From: a virus
DNA: 64,000 bases
IMG/VR virus record: IMGVR_UViG_3300047443_000090
Coordinates: 23,260 to 87,259 of that record
Direction: 5' to 3' (one strand)
Positions within the stretch are counted from its first letter, which is position 1. Each line of letters starts with the position of its first letter. Of the stretch, positions 54,497 through 64,000 are shown in pieces. The translations under genes were made by a program, and so were the position numbers. The notes below the pieces were generated by a model. The model was not told the DNA's origin, did not search any database, and saw only the letters and a program-made list of their open reading frames with translations.

Positions 54497-57400
54497 CAGT
54501 GCTTCAAAACAATTTCCTGATTGATGGCCGGATCGTGTCGAACCTCACCGTTGAAGGCGCGCGCTCGAATCTGACTCTGGTATCCCCACAAATCAATTCG
54601 TCGCTGTCTCTCGCGCAAGGCCCGGCAACGAACCTTGCGATTGGCGGAAACCCTGTTCTTCCTTCGCTGGTTGTCGGATCGTCCGATAAGGAGCTGGCTG
54701 GTGCGTCCGAAGCTACCGCGCAGGCCCGCATTGCCGCCGCCGCCGCCATCAGCGCGGCATCCAGTGCTGACGCTGCGCAAGATGCTGCCGACAGCACCAA
54801 GACCGATTCTGACGCCGCAAAGCTGGCCGCCGCCCAAGCCGTAGATAGCGCTGTGCAAGCCCGCGCCGATGCCGATGCTGTGGCCGCTGAAGCCGCCGCC
54901 GTTTCTCAGGCCGCCGCGAGTGTTGCCGACATCGAGCACAGCGTTAGCACGCTGGCCGGGGAGGCTGGCATAAGCGCTGCCGCTGCCAAAGCTGATGCCG
55001 TATTGGCTGGGAAAGCGGCGCAGGCGGCGTTCGACGCGCGGGACGCATCGCAGCAGTCAGCCAATGACTCCGCGTACTCGGCCAGCGCTGCCGACGATAG
55101 CGAGGCCGCTGCGCTGGCCGCCCAGCAAGCCGCCGCCGCGTCTGCTGCCGCCGCACTGGCTTCGCAGCAGGAGGCGACCGCGCAGGCCGCCGCCGCCGAC
55201 GACAGCAAGGCCGCCGCGCTGGCCGCCCAGCAGGCCGCGACTGAGCAGGCCGCCGCCGCCGCGCAATCCGCCGCCGCCGCCGACGACAGCGAAGCCTCCG
55301 CGCTGGATGCCAAGCAGGCCGCTACGGCGCAGGCTGACGCCGCCGCTCAATCCGCCGCCGCCGCCGCCGCGAGTGCGCAGGACGCGATAGTTTCACAAGT
55401 TCAAGCCAACTGGACTGAAGCCGACACTGCAAACAAGGGCTACATCAAGAACAAGCCCGCACTCGCCGCCGTTGCTACGACTGGCGCGAAGGCTGACGTT
55501 GGCCTTGGCAGCGTGGACAACACCAGTGACGTGAACAAGCCGGTAAGCACCGCGCAGGCCGCCGCCATCGCGTTGAAGCAGGACGCCTCGGCCAAGGATG
55601 CCTCTGACGGCTTCGCGGGCCTGACCTTGTTCAAGTTGAATTTGAAGAATGCGGCTGGCGCGATCACGTCATTCCTGACGAACGCCGCGACAGTCGCGCG
55701 CACTTGGACTTTCCCCGACAAAGACGGCACGGTCGCGATGCTGTCCGACATCACCGGCACCAACTCGGGCACCAATACCGGCGACGAAACGCTGGCAACG
55801 ATCAAGACCAAGCTGGGCATTGCCACGCTGTCCGGCTCGAACACTGGCGACCAAACGCTGGCCTCGCTGGGCATCCCGAACGTGGACAACACCAGCGACG
55901 TGAACAAGCCGGTATCGACCGCGCAGCAGGCGGCGCTTGACCTGAAAGCCCCGCTGACTGGCGCTGGTGCTTCTGGCACTTGGCCTATCGGCGTGTCGGG
56001 CAATGCGGCCACCGCAACCAAGCTGGCGACGCCGCGCACCATCAACGGCGTGACATTCGACGGAACGGCCAATATCACGCTGGCAAAGGCTGATATCGGC
56101 TTGGGCAGCGTCGATAACACCAGCGACGTAAACAAGCCAGTATCGACCGCGCAGGCCGCCGCGCTTGCACTGAAAGCGCCGCTGGACTCGCCCACCTTCA
56201 CCGGCCCGGTCAACGTGCCGAACGTCGCCGCTGGCAACAACACGGCACTGGCCGCCAACACGGCATTCGTGACGGCGGCGGTCGCGCAGGGCAAAGCCGA
56301 TATTCTCGGCTCGGCCCCGGCTGCACTTGACACGCTGAACGAGTTTGCCGCCGCGCTGGGCAACGACGCCAATTTCGCCACGACTACCGCGACCTCGCTG
56401 GGCAACCGCCTGCGCGTGGACACGGCAACGCAAGGGCTGACCGCAGGCCAGAAAACCAATGCCGCGACGAACCTTGGCCTCGCCGCCGTCGCCACGTCCG
56501 GCGCGAAAGCCGATGTCGGCCTCGGCAGCGTGGACAACACCAGCGACGCCAGCAAGCCGGTATCGACGGCGACGCAGACCGCCTTGAACCTGAAAGCGGA
56601 TAAGGCCAGCCCCACCTTCACTGGCACGGCTACCGCGCCCAACTTCGCGGGCAATCTGACTGGCTACAAGAACGTCGATAACACGAACGAAATGACGCTG
56701 GCCAATGGTTTTGCTGGCGGCCAGTTGTACATGAACTACCGGGGCGCATCGAGCGCTATCACGCAGGTATTGGTCGGCAATGGCATACCTGCCAGCGGCG
56801 TTCTCGCCAAGATCATCGCCCTCAATATCGACGCATCCGGTAACGTGACCGGCAATGCTGCCACGGCAACCAAGCTGGCAACGGCACGCACGATCAACGG
56901 TATCGCCTTTGACGGCACCGCCAATATCACGCTGGCGAAGGCTGACATCAGCTTGGGCAGCGTAGACAATACCAGCGACATGGGCAAGCCGGTATCGACG
57001 GCGCAGGCCGCTGCAATCGCGCTGAAGCAGGACGCGGCTGGTAAGGATGCCTCTGACGGCTTCGCGGGCCTGACGCTGTTCAAGTTGAATTTGAAGAATG
57101 CGGCTGGCGCGATCACGTCATTCCTGACGAGCGCCGCGACAGTCGCGCGCACTTGGACTTTCCCCGACGAAGACGGCACCGTTGCCATGCTGTCCGATAT
57201 CACCGGCACCAACTCGGGCACCAACACTGGCGACGAAACGCTGGCAACGATTAAGGCCAAGCTGGGCATTGCCACGCTGTCCGGCTCGAACACTGGCGAC
57301 CAAACGCTGGCCTCGCTGGGTATCCCGAACGTGGACAACACCAGTGACGTAAACAAGCCAGTTTCGACAGCGCAGACCGCCGCGCTTGCGCTGAAAGCCA

Positions 57401-60204
57401 ATATTGCCAGCCCGGTATTCACTGGCGTGGCCGCTGCGCCCCAGTTCTTCTCGACCACCTCCAACGGCTACCGTATGAAGGACTCGACGGCGACCACCGG
57501 CTATGCCTCGTTCTGGCGCAAAGACAGCTCGGCGCTGTATCTGATGCTGACTGACTTGGACAACGCTGATGGCACGTTCAACGCGCTGCGCCCGATGACG
57601 GTCACGCTCGCCACCGGCAAAGTAAACTTTGGCAATGGAGCGCTCACGATCAACCACGGCGGCACCGTAACCGCCGTGACGCCAGCGCCCGGCGACAACA
57701 GCACGACGCTTGCAACGACTGCTTACGCTGACACATTGGGGGCAACGAAAGCCCCACTGACCGGCGCTGGCACGTCGGGCACTTGGCCTATCGGTGTGAC
57801 CGGCAATGCTGCCACGGCAACCAAGCTGGCGACGCCGCGCACCATCAACGGCGTGGCTTTCGACGGCACCGCGAACATCAGCCTCGGCCTCGCCGCCGTC
57901 GCCACGTCCGGCGCAAAGGCCGACGTGGGCCTCGGCAACGCCGATAACACCAGCGACGTGAACAAGCCAGTTTCGACCGCGCAGGCCGCCGCGCTTGCGC
58001 TGAAAGCGCCGCTGGACTCGCCCACTTTCACTGGCCCGGTCAACGTGCCGAACGTCGCCGCTGGCAACAACACGGCACTGGCCGCAAACACGGCATTCGT
58101 GACGGCGGCGGTCGCGCAGGGCAAGGCCGACATTCTCGGCTCGGCCCCGGCAGCACTGGACACGCTGAACGAGTTTGCGGCGGCGCTGGGCAACGACGCG
58201 AATTTCGCCACGACTACCGCGACCTCGCTGGGCAACCGCCTGCGCGTGGACACGGCAGCTCAGGGCTTGACCGCAGGCCAGAAAACCAACGCGGCGACGA
58301 ACCTTGGCCTCGCCGCCGTCGCCACGTCCGGCGCGAAAGCTGATGTCGGCCTCGGCAGCGTGGACAACACCAGCGACGCCAGCAAGCCGGTATCGACGGC
58401 GCAGGCCGCCGCCATCGCGCTCAAGCAGGACGCGGCTGGTAAGGATGCCTCGGGCGGCTTCGCGGGCCTGACCCTGTTCAAGTTGAATTTGAAGAACGTC
58501 GCTGGCACCTTCATTTCGTTTTTCACGAACACGAACACGGCAGCGCGCACCTACACCCTGCCCGACAAAGACGGCACGGTTGCCATGCTGGCCGACATCA
58601 CCGGCACCAACTCGGGCATCAACACTGGCGACGAAACGCTGGCTACGATCAAGACCAAGCTGGGCATTGCCACGCTGTCCGGCTCGAACACTGGCGATCA
58701 AACGCTGGCCTCGCTGGGCATCCCAAACGTCAATAACACCAGCGACGCCGCCAAGCCTGTTTCTACTGCGCAGCAGGCAGCGCTGGACTTGAAGGCGAAC
58801 ATCGCCAACCCAAGCTTCACGGGTATTGTTAATTCGAGCGGGCCAATTGAGTTAGGACAAGTTGGTACTTCTAATTCACCGTTTATTGACTTCCATTCGG
58901 GGGCTACTGGCGTTGATTACGACGCCCGCATAATGGCAGGCGGAGGGAACGGGACTAGCGGCAATGGTTCTCTGCAAGTATATTCGGCCTCGCTAGACCT
59001 CACGACCGCTGGCAATGTGACGGTGGCGACGAAGGCCCAAGGTAACAACAGCACGAGCGCTGCCAGCACGGCCTACGTGGACGCCCTCGGTGCGACGAAA
59101 CAAGCCTCACTCGGCTACACGCCGATTCAGCAAGGGGGCGGGGCTACACAAGGCACTAATAAGATTTATATCGGCTGGTCTAGTTCAAACCAGATGGCGT
59201 TGCAGGTTGATGGAACAAGCTTTGGCTCAACGTGGCCTATGAGCGTGACAGGTTCGGCAGGATCTACGACGTTTGTTGCCGCGCTGGCAAATTACGTTTG
59301 GGATGCCTCGACTTTGCCCGCCTCCTATGCGTTAGGTATTCAGTCGAGTTTTGTACAAGCTGCCCAAGGGTTCCCTAGCTACGGCTCGTTGATGACGATG
59401 AAGACGTATAGCGGCGGCGGCGGCAGCTTGCAAATGTACGTGCCTTACTCGCCGACCAATGGCGGCTCCAGCATCAAAGTTCGCTTCGGTAACTTCGATG
59501 TGAGCAGCGGCAATTCATGGACTGGCTGGGGGACGATTCCTTGCGTTGAAAACTCGAACTATTGGACTGGCACGCAACAGTTCAAAGGCAACAAGGGCAA
59601 CGGCTCGTTAAACGGCGCGCAGTTTAATTACCCCCTTATGGCGTATTCGGACGACTTGGGTGCCGCCGCCATGTCCTTCCATCGTAGCGGTGCTTACGCC
59701 ATCAACATGGGTCTTGACCCGGATAACGTGTTCCGCATTGGCGGCTGGTCTATGGCTCAGAACAGATTCCAGATGGATCCATCTGGCAATCTGACGATGG
59801 CAGGTAACATCATTGCCTATTCCGACGAGCGGTTGAAAACCAACTGGCGCAGCCTGCAACCCACGTTCATCGAAGAATGGGCGCAGGTAAAGCATGGCGT
59901 GTATGACCGCATCGACAGTGGAGAGACTCAGCTTGGCGTTTCCGCTCAGGGCGCGCAGAAGGTGCTGCCGTTCTCCGTGACGAGACAAAACGACGGCTAC
60001 CTCGCGTTCAACTACGGCGCAGCGGCAGCGGTGGCGACGATTCAACTCTCGCAAGAGGTGCTGCTGCTGCGCGCCGAGTCGCGCAAGCAATCCGCACTTA
60101 TTAAAATTCTGATGGATCGCATGCCGCTGGAAATCCCCTGCGTACAGCGCTCGCGAGTCGCAGCTATGATCGACCGGCTGAAGAAAAAGATAGGACTGAA
60201 ATGA
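54493..60204 (+). CDS. long tail fibre 2 with C-terminal intramolecular chaperone (S74-like)
   Basis: Ala-rich coil, VDNTSDxxKPVST repeats, KLATPRTINGV, knob domains, YSDERLK; ATGA-coupled start at 54493. Confidence 0.88.
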   Translation: MTVLQNNFLIDGRIVSNLTVEGARSNLTLVSPQINSSLSLAQGPATNLAIGGNPVLPSLVVGSSDKELAGASEATAQARIAAAAAISAASSADAAQDAADSTKTDSDAAKLAAAQAVDSAVQARADADAVAAEAAAVSQAAASVADIEHSVSTLAGEAGISAAAAKADAVLAGKAAQAAFDARDASQQSANDSAYSASAADDSEAAALAAQQAAAASAAAALASQQEATAQAAAADDSKAAALAAQQAATEQAAAAAQSAAAADDSEASALDAKQAATAQADAAAQSAAAAAASAQDAIVSQVQANWTEADTANKGYIKNKPALAAVATTGAKADVGLGSVDNTSDVNKPVSTAQAAAIALKQDASAKDASDGFAGLTLFKLNLKNAAGAITSFLTNAATVARTWTFPDKDGTVAMLSDITGTNSGTNTGDETLATIKTKLGIATLSGSNTGDQTLASLGIPNVDNTSDVNKPVSTAQQAALDLKAPLTGAGASGTWPIGVSGNAATATKLATPRTINGVTFDGTANITLAKADIGLGSVDNTSDVNKPVSTAQAAALALKAPLDSPTFTGPVNVPNVAAGNNTALAANTAFVTAAVAQGKADILGSAPAALDTLNEFAAALGNDANFATTTATSLGNRLRVDTATQGLTAGQKTNAATNLGLAAVATSGAKADVGLGSVDNTSDASKPVSTATQTALNLKADKASPTFTGTATAPNFAGNLTGYKNVDNTNEMTLANGFAGGQLYMNYRGASSAITQVLVGNGIPASGVLAKIIALNIDASGNVTGNAATATKLATARTINGIAFDGTANITLAKADISLGSVDNTSDMGKPVSTAQAAAIALKQDAAGKDASDGFAGLTLFKLNLKNAAGAITSFLTSAATVARTWTFPDEDGTVAMLSDITGTNSGTNTGDETLATIKAKLGIATLSGSNTGDQTLASLGIPNVDNTSDVNKPVSTAQTAALALKANIASPVFTGVAAAPQFFSTTSNGYRMKDSTATTGYASFWRKDSSALYLMLTDLDNADGTFNALRPMTVTLATGKVNFGNGALTINHGGTVTAVTPAPGDNSTTLATTAYADTLGATKAPLTGAGTSGTWPIGVTGNAATATKLATPRTINGVAFDGTANISLGLAAVATSGAKADVGLGNADNTSDVNKPVSTAQAAALALKAPLDSPTFTGPVNVPNVAAGNNTALAANTAFVTAAVAQGKADILGSAPAALDTLNEFAAALGNDANFATTTATSLGNRLRVDTAAQGLTAGQKTNAATNLGLAAVATSGAKADVGLGSVDNTSDASKPVSTAQAAAIALKQDAAGKDASGGFAGLTLFKLNLKNVAGTFISFFTNTNTAARTYTLPDKDGTVAMLADITGTNSGINTGDETLATIKTKLGIATLSGSNTGDQTLASLGIPNVNNTSDAAKPVSTAQQAALDLKANIANPSFTGIVNSSGPIELGQVGTSNSPFIDFHSGATGVDYDARIMAGGGNGTSGNGSLQVYSASLDLTTAGNVTVATKAQGNNSTSAASTAYVDALGATKQASLGYTPIQQGGGATQGTNKIYIGWSSSNQMALQVDGTSFGSTWPMSVTGSAGSTTFVAALANYVWDASTLPASYALGIQSSFVQAAQGFPSYGSLMTMKTYSGGGGSLQMYVPYSPTNGGSSIKVRFGNFDVSSGNSWTGWGTIPCVENSNYWTGTQQFKGNKGNGSLNGAQFNYPLMAYSDDLGAAAMSFHRSGAYAINMGLDPDNVFRIGGWSMAQNRFQMDPSGNLTMAGNIIAYSDERLKTNWRSLQPTFIEEWAQVKHGVYDRIDSGETQLGVSAQGAQKVLPFSVTRQNDGYLAFNYGAAAAVATIQLSQEVLLLRAESRKQSALIKILMDRMPLEIPCVQRSRVAAMIDRLKKKIGLK
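55460..58800 (+). repeat. large intragenic repeats (unit A x3, unit B x2)
   Basis: Near-identical DNA blocks: A at ~55490-55945, 56940-57400, 58340-58800; B at ~55945-56575 and 57748-58400. Confidence 0.9.
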
Positions 60205-60851
60205 ACGCTTACGAAATCACCAATGTAGTGCCGGAAGTTACCGATGGCGTCATGGTCAATTTGGATTTTGACCTCACCGTATCGGACTACATGGGCAATG
60301 CCGAAAGCCGCCACCTTCAAGGTAGCGGCGGGGGCGTCCCAGTCCCATCGAGTGACGCGCTGCAAGCCATGTGCTTCAATATCGCAAAGGAACAGGGCAC
60401 CATTCAGCAGCTCGATACCATGCTGTCCGACAGGCGCACGCCTGTCTATGTCCCGCCGCCGCCGCCGCCACCGCCGTCGCTGGATCAGGTAAAGGCGACG
60501 CTCATGGCGCAGATCGACGCCAACATTGCGCGGGTCTACAGCCTATACACGCGCTTCCAAATGGAATACGAGGAGCGTGAGAAAGCCGCGCTGGAGTACA
60601 AGGCGTCCGACTACACGTCCGATCCGACGCCGTGGCTGACTGCGTTCGCAGACACTACGGGCATATCCTACCCAGCATGCGCGGAGCTGGTGCTGTCGCA
60701 GGCCAATGCGCTGCGGGACGCCATCAAGAGCCTTGGCATCCAACGCATGTACAAATACAAGGTGTATAACGCCGCCACCGCAGAAGACGCGCAAAGTGCA
60801 TTTGGCACGGTCATGGCTGACGTAGCAGTGATTGCAAGGAGTCTGCCATGA
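60201..60851 (+). CDS. tail fibre chaperone/assembly protein
   Basis: Poly-Pro linker then EYEEREKAALEY...WLTAFA; follows the fibre gene. Confidence 0.6.
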   Translation: MNAYEITNVVPEVTDGVMVNLDFDLTVSDYMGNAESRHLQGSGGGVPVPSSDALQAMCFNIAKEQGTIQQLDTMLSDRRTPVYVPPPPPPPPSLDQVKATLMAQIDANIARVYSLYTRFQMEYEEREKAALEYKASDYTSDPTPWLTAFADTTGISYPACAELVLSQANALRDAIKSLGIQRMYKYKVYNAATAEDAQSAFGTVMADVAVIARSLP

Positions 60852-61330
60852 GCCTGCCGTCGTCAGGTCAGATTGATATGAACCAGATCGAGGTGGAGGC
60901 TGGTTTCTCAGGCGGGCAAAATATCTGGCTCGACCACGCCGCTATGCGAACCCTCGCTGGCCGCCCCGGCTCAGGGACTTACATTGCGATGTCCGACTTC
61001 TACGGCAAAAGCTCGTTCTCAGCGTGGGGCAACAACGCATCGGCTGACATGGATACGTCTGGTAGTGGAGGCTACGTCACATGCTTCCCATCGGTAACAC
61101 CAGTTGGCGGCACCGGGTCGTACACCTACTCGTGGGCTGTCAATTCCAACGATATGTCAGCAACCGTGAGCAACACGACCTCACAGTCTTGCACGGTGCA
61201 AAAGAACGTGGGCAGAAACTCAGGCGGTAGTGGCACTTGCATTCTCCAATGCACCGTGTCCGACACCGGGGGACACACCGTTACGGTATATAACATTTCC
61301 GCTGTGCTCAGTTGGAGCAGCAGCATGTAA
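60848..61330 (+). CDS. fibre-tip adhesin-like protein
   Basis: MSLPSSGQI...IAMSDFYGKS attachment motif followed by an Ig-like beta domain. Confidence 0.65.
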   Translation: MSLPSSGQIDMNQIEVEAGFSGGQNIWLDHAAMRTLAGRPGSGTYIAMSDFYGKSSFSAWGNNASADMDTSGSGGYVTCFPSVTPVGGTGSYTYSWAVNSNDMSATVSNTTSQSCTVQKNVGRNSGGSGTCILQCTVSDTGGHTVTVYNISAVLSWSSSM

Positions 61331-61340
61331 GGGGTATGGA

Positions 61341-61739
61341 TTGACTGCATTTGCTTGGCTCAAACGCTTTGCCGTTTTACTTTTGTTGTGGGCCGCCCGC
61401 GTCGCCGCGTCTGCGCTTTCTTCCGCCCCGATGCTGCGCGCGATTGCTTGGTTCAAACGTTTTGCCGTCTTGCTTTTGTTGTGGCCTGTCTGTGTCGCAG
61501 CATCGGCACTTTCTTCCGCCCTGATGCTACGCGCGATCATCTTCAACCATGATCGCGCGTGGCGTCAGGCGATATCCTATGACCAGCTCGCCAATGCCGC
61601 AACTGGCGGCAGCGAGGACGAAACCATAAGCTCCAGAGCGAACCGCGCGGAGTCGAACGGGCGGAGGTGGGGCTGTGTGCTGTGCAGGCTGCTTGATAAG
61701 GTTGAAAAAGACCACTGCCGAAAATCGGCGGGCACCTGA
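61341..61739 (+). CDS. phage membrane protein with duplicated N-terminal TM
   Basis: DQLANAATGGSEDETISSRA...LC..LD...DHC family; TTG start. Confidence 0.6.
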   Translation: MTAFAWLKRFAVLLLLWAARVAASALSSAPMLRAIAWFKRFAVLLLLWPVCVAASALSSALMLRAIIFNHDRAWRQAISYDQLANAATGGSEDETISSRANRAESNGRRWGCVLCRLLDKVEKDHCRKSAGT

Positions 61740-61741
61740 GC

Positions 61742-62605
61742 CTATTGCTTTGGCAGCGCCCGAACCCGGATGACGGAAACAACGTCCGACACCGGGTCTA
61801 TGTTCCAGTGGGATAGAAAGCCGCAGTCCTTCAGCTTTTCGAGTGCTTTTTTCAGCAGGCCACGAAACGAGCGCAGTTCCTTGCACTTCGAGCCGCATAG
61901 GCCATACAGCGTTTCAACGCGATATTGGAATGGCTCGCGGTGCGTGAAGTAGAAGCTGTGCAGCCATTTTGCCAGCGGCGTAAGTACAAGCCGCTGATCC
62001 CAGTCCACTAGCGTGTAGCCATCGGATGCGAAAAGCGCGACGATTTCCCGCTCAAGGTAGATCGTCCATTCCGTACTCGCGCCGCCGCCAGTTTCATCTT
62101 CATCTATCGACCATTTGACTTTCCGAAGTAGGCTGCCAGTGAAGCCCTTGCGGCCATCGGCCCTTGCAACGATCACGGTTGACTCGGACAGGCGCAGCAG
62201 CGATTCGCGTAGGCGTGCATAGTCTTGCTTTCCGCGCCCCCACCGCAAGGCCATCAGCATGCGATGCGCTGTAGTCTTAGCGCCTTCCTCGGTGCTTCGC
62301 AGCCGGGCGATATGCACCGCCTGCAAAAAAACGTCCTCGTCATCCTGCCGCAATTCCTCGCCGGTATAGTAGAGATCAAACCCGTTCACGGTGGCGATCC
62401 GCATTCGCTTCATTGTGTCGCGCGGCTCTTTTTTGCCTGCCGCCGTGAAAAGTGCGCTACGTGCAAATGGGTTTGGTATGCCGCGTTGCTCGTCGGGCCA
62501 TAGGGGGAGCTGCACCGGGGCGGCGACCACGCGCCGCTTTTCTTGGAGGCGCTTTGCGGCGTCAATGAGGCGGCTGCTATTTTCGTTGTGCTCGTCTTGG
62601 CTCAT
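61742..62605 (-). CDS. trfA: TrfA-family plasmid replication initiator
   Basis: QLPLWPDEQRGIPNPFARSALF, YTGEELRQDDEDVF, LAKWLHSFYFTH. Confidence 0.9.
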   Translation of the reverse strand: MSQDEHNENSSRLIDAAKRLQEKRRVVAAPVQLPLWPDEQRGIPNPFARSALFTAAGKKEPRDTMKRMRIATVNGFDLYYTGEELRQDDEDVFLQAVHIARLRSTEEGAKTTAHRMLMALRWGRGKQDYARLRESLLRLSESTVIVARADGRKGFTGSLLRKVKWSIDEDETGGGASTEWTIYLEREIVALFASDGYTLVDWDQRLVLTPLAKWLHSFYFTHREPFQYRVETLYGLCGSKCKELRSFRGLLKKALEKLKDCGFLSHWNIDPVSDVVSVIRVRALPKQ

Positions 62606-62623
62606 GCTGTCCTGCTGGTGGCG

Positions 62624-62930
62624 TTCGTGTTTTGAGCTGCGGTAGTTGCTTGCTGCCAGAGCTGCGGCCCCGGTTCGTGTTTTGAGCTGCGCCCCGGTTC
62701 GTGTTTTGAGATTCGATATTCGTGTTTTGAGCTGCAAAAACCGATTTCATTCGTTCTTTGAACTGCGGTCTATCGTGTTTTGAACTGCGGCAATTCGTGT
62801 TTTGAGCTTCAGCGCCGTTCTGAATTTCACATTAGAATCAATGACTTAGGGTGGTTATCCAGACCCCTATAATCTTCTTTTAATCATCTTCTAATCAAAA
62901 CCAGCGCTTTCCTGCAACTCAAAACACGAA
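62624..62930. repeat. iteron origin (oriV)
   Basis: Seven direct TTCGTGTTTTGA(G/A)CTGC-like iterons (62624-62810), IHF-like site 62836-62848, DnaA-box-like TTATCCAGA 62855-62863, three TAATC 11-mers 62870-62902, and one inverted iteron 62914-62930. Confidence 0.88.
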
Positions 62931-62932
62931 CA

Positions 62933-63526
62933 TCAGGCTTCCGCATCCGGCGAATAGTGCTTTGCGATCAGCGCATCAACATACCCAGTGACCGCTTTTT
63001 CCAGTGCTACCTGAATCGAACGGTGCTTCGGGACGTTATCGGCTACCCATGCAAGCTTTGCATGCAGGGCTCTCGACATTCTGAAATTGTACCCAACAAT
63101 GCTATCCGGGCTCTCGACTTCCCAAGGGGCTGGTTCTGCGGGCGCTGGAGGCTCTTTCGGCGCGTCGGTGGCGCGTTTATGCGTATGAGGCTGCGCGTCG
63201 CTTGTAGGTGGCTTCTCGGCCCTCCCATCGACCTTCGGCTTGCGAGCGGGTTTGTCCTGGCTGTTCGCGGCTGTAGCTGCCGCTGGTTGCGCGGATAATT
63301 CTGGCAGCGCTTCAGCAAGCGCGGCATCTTTGGCCGCTTGCGCTGCGGGCGGCAGGGGTGGCGTGCTGGTAGCTGCCTGCGCAGGCGTTGTCGCCTCTGC
63401 TGGCGAGGTCAGTGCTTCGACAGGCTTGCCAGCCGGGTTTATCGCCAGATGTTCTTCGGGGAGGTTGTTGGCGGCGGCCACGAAATCGGCGGGCGACCGA
63501 AAGCCCTTTTTCGCTGGCTTGTTCAT
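62933..63526 (-). CDS. ParA partner (putative RHH centromere-binding protein)
   Basis: ATGA-coupled to parA; disordered N-terminus and C-terminal VGYNFRMSRALHAKL. Confidence 0.6.
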   Translation of the reverse strand: MNKPAKKGFRSPADFVAAANNLPEEHLAINPAGKPVEALTSPAEATTPAQAATSTPPLPPAAQAAKDAALAEALPELSAQPAAATAANSQDKPARKPKVDGRAEKPPTSDAQPHTHKRATDAPKEPPAPAEPAPWEVESPDSIVGYNFRMSRALHAKLAWVADNVPKHRSIQVALEKAVTGYVDALIAKHYSPDAEA

Positions 63527-64000
63527 GCCCATACCTCTTTCGCCAGTGCGCGCATTTCTTCGGCGGCCTTTTCGTCGCCCCTGATGTACTCGACCGCTGC
63601 CATTCCATCGCGCGCGCAGAGCCGGTACGTCTTGCGGTCTTTCACGATGGTATCGAGCATGGTGTAGTTCTTCAGTTCCTCAACAAAATCGGCCATTTCC
63701 TGCGCATCCGTCATCCTCGGGTTCGTCGGCGCGATGTTGGTCAGGATTGCCGCTTGCAGGTTGACGTTGAACGCTCTTGCCTCGGCTACCAGCTTGTCCA
63801 TCTTCGACAGCGTGAACACGTCGAACTGGGACGGCTTCGCAGGCGTCACGATGGCGTCAGCGACCAGCATCCCGGCGCGCAGCTCCAGAGAATCCACGCC
63901 TCCAGCGTCTATCACGATGTCATCGAACTTACCGGCCAGCCGCCGCACCTCGTCGGCCAGCGTGGAGCCGTACACCGACACGCAAGTGATGTGGGGTGTG
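63523..64000 (-). CDS. parA: ParA-family partition ATPase (5' end outside window)
   Basis: DDIVIDAGGVDSLELRAGMLVAD...PSQFD...GMAAVEY. Confidence 0.88.
   Translation of the reverse strand, partial: TPHITCVSVYGSTLADEVRRLAGKFDDIVIDAGGVDSLELRAGMLVADAIVTPAKPSQFDVFTLSKMDKLVAEARAFNVNLQAAILTNIAPTNPRMTDAQEMADFVEELKNYTMLDTIVKDRKTYRLCARDGMAAVEYIRGDEKAAEEMRALAKEVWA

Larger units (their letters stand above)
1..64000. mobile_element. P1-like phage-plasmid (partial)
   Basis: P1-type virion genes and darA/darB/hdf/ulx homologues occur together with a TrfA replicon, iterons and ParA; no host housekeeping genes are seen. Confidence 0.92.

Noticed and set aside
54493-60204. Diversity-generating retroelement acting on the fibre repeats
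   Set aside because: No reverse transcriptase is in the window, the repeats are in-frame, and the differences do not look adenine-specific.
62606-62737. N-terminal extension of TrfA (LKTR repeats) in the ORF track
   Set aside because: It is simply translation of the iterons; the ATG at 62605 has an AGGA RBS.
62624-62810. Possible CRISPR array
   Set aside because: The 17 bp repeats have very short, irregular gaps and lie next to trfA, with no cas genes; they are iterons.

Overview
The window is a ~64 kb slice of a P1-like (Punavirus-related) phage-plasmid from a high-GC proteobacterium; the host is probably a betaproteobacterium, but that is a weak inference. It carries a near-complete contractile-tail morphogenesis set (baseplate, prohead protease, portal, capsid, sheath, tube, tape measure, two tail-fibre loci), a head-packaged anti-restriction cargo system (darA, ddrB-like, a polyvalent protein, darB, ulx, hdf) and a holin/GH19 endolysin/Rz-Rz1 lysis cassette. 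The plasmid maintenance module is a TrfA-family initiator with an iteron origin, ParA plus a small partner, and a XerCD dif-like site. Accessory early genes sit in three islands. Two dispersed regulatory motifs are visible directly: six sigma70 promoters sharing GTGAGCGCATACA, and nine GGAAAA-N29-xAxxxT elements, eight of them ahead of virion gene blocks. The strongest novelty candidates are a VgrG3-like muramidase on the tape measure paired with an adjacent secreted LprI-type inhibitor, shared docking-like terminal motifs across the Dar cargo proteins, a recurring [LF]D[SA] processing motif in head proteins, and a late-promoter locus with a structured RNA, a dif site and a prepilin-like peptide. 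Terminase, repressor and late activator were not recognised in the window. All family calls come from recalled sequence motifs, not from database searches.
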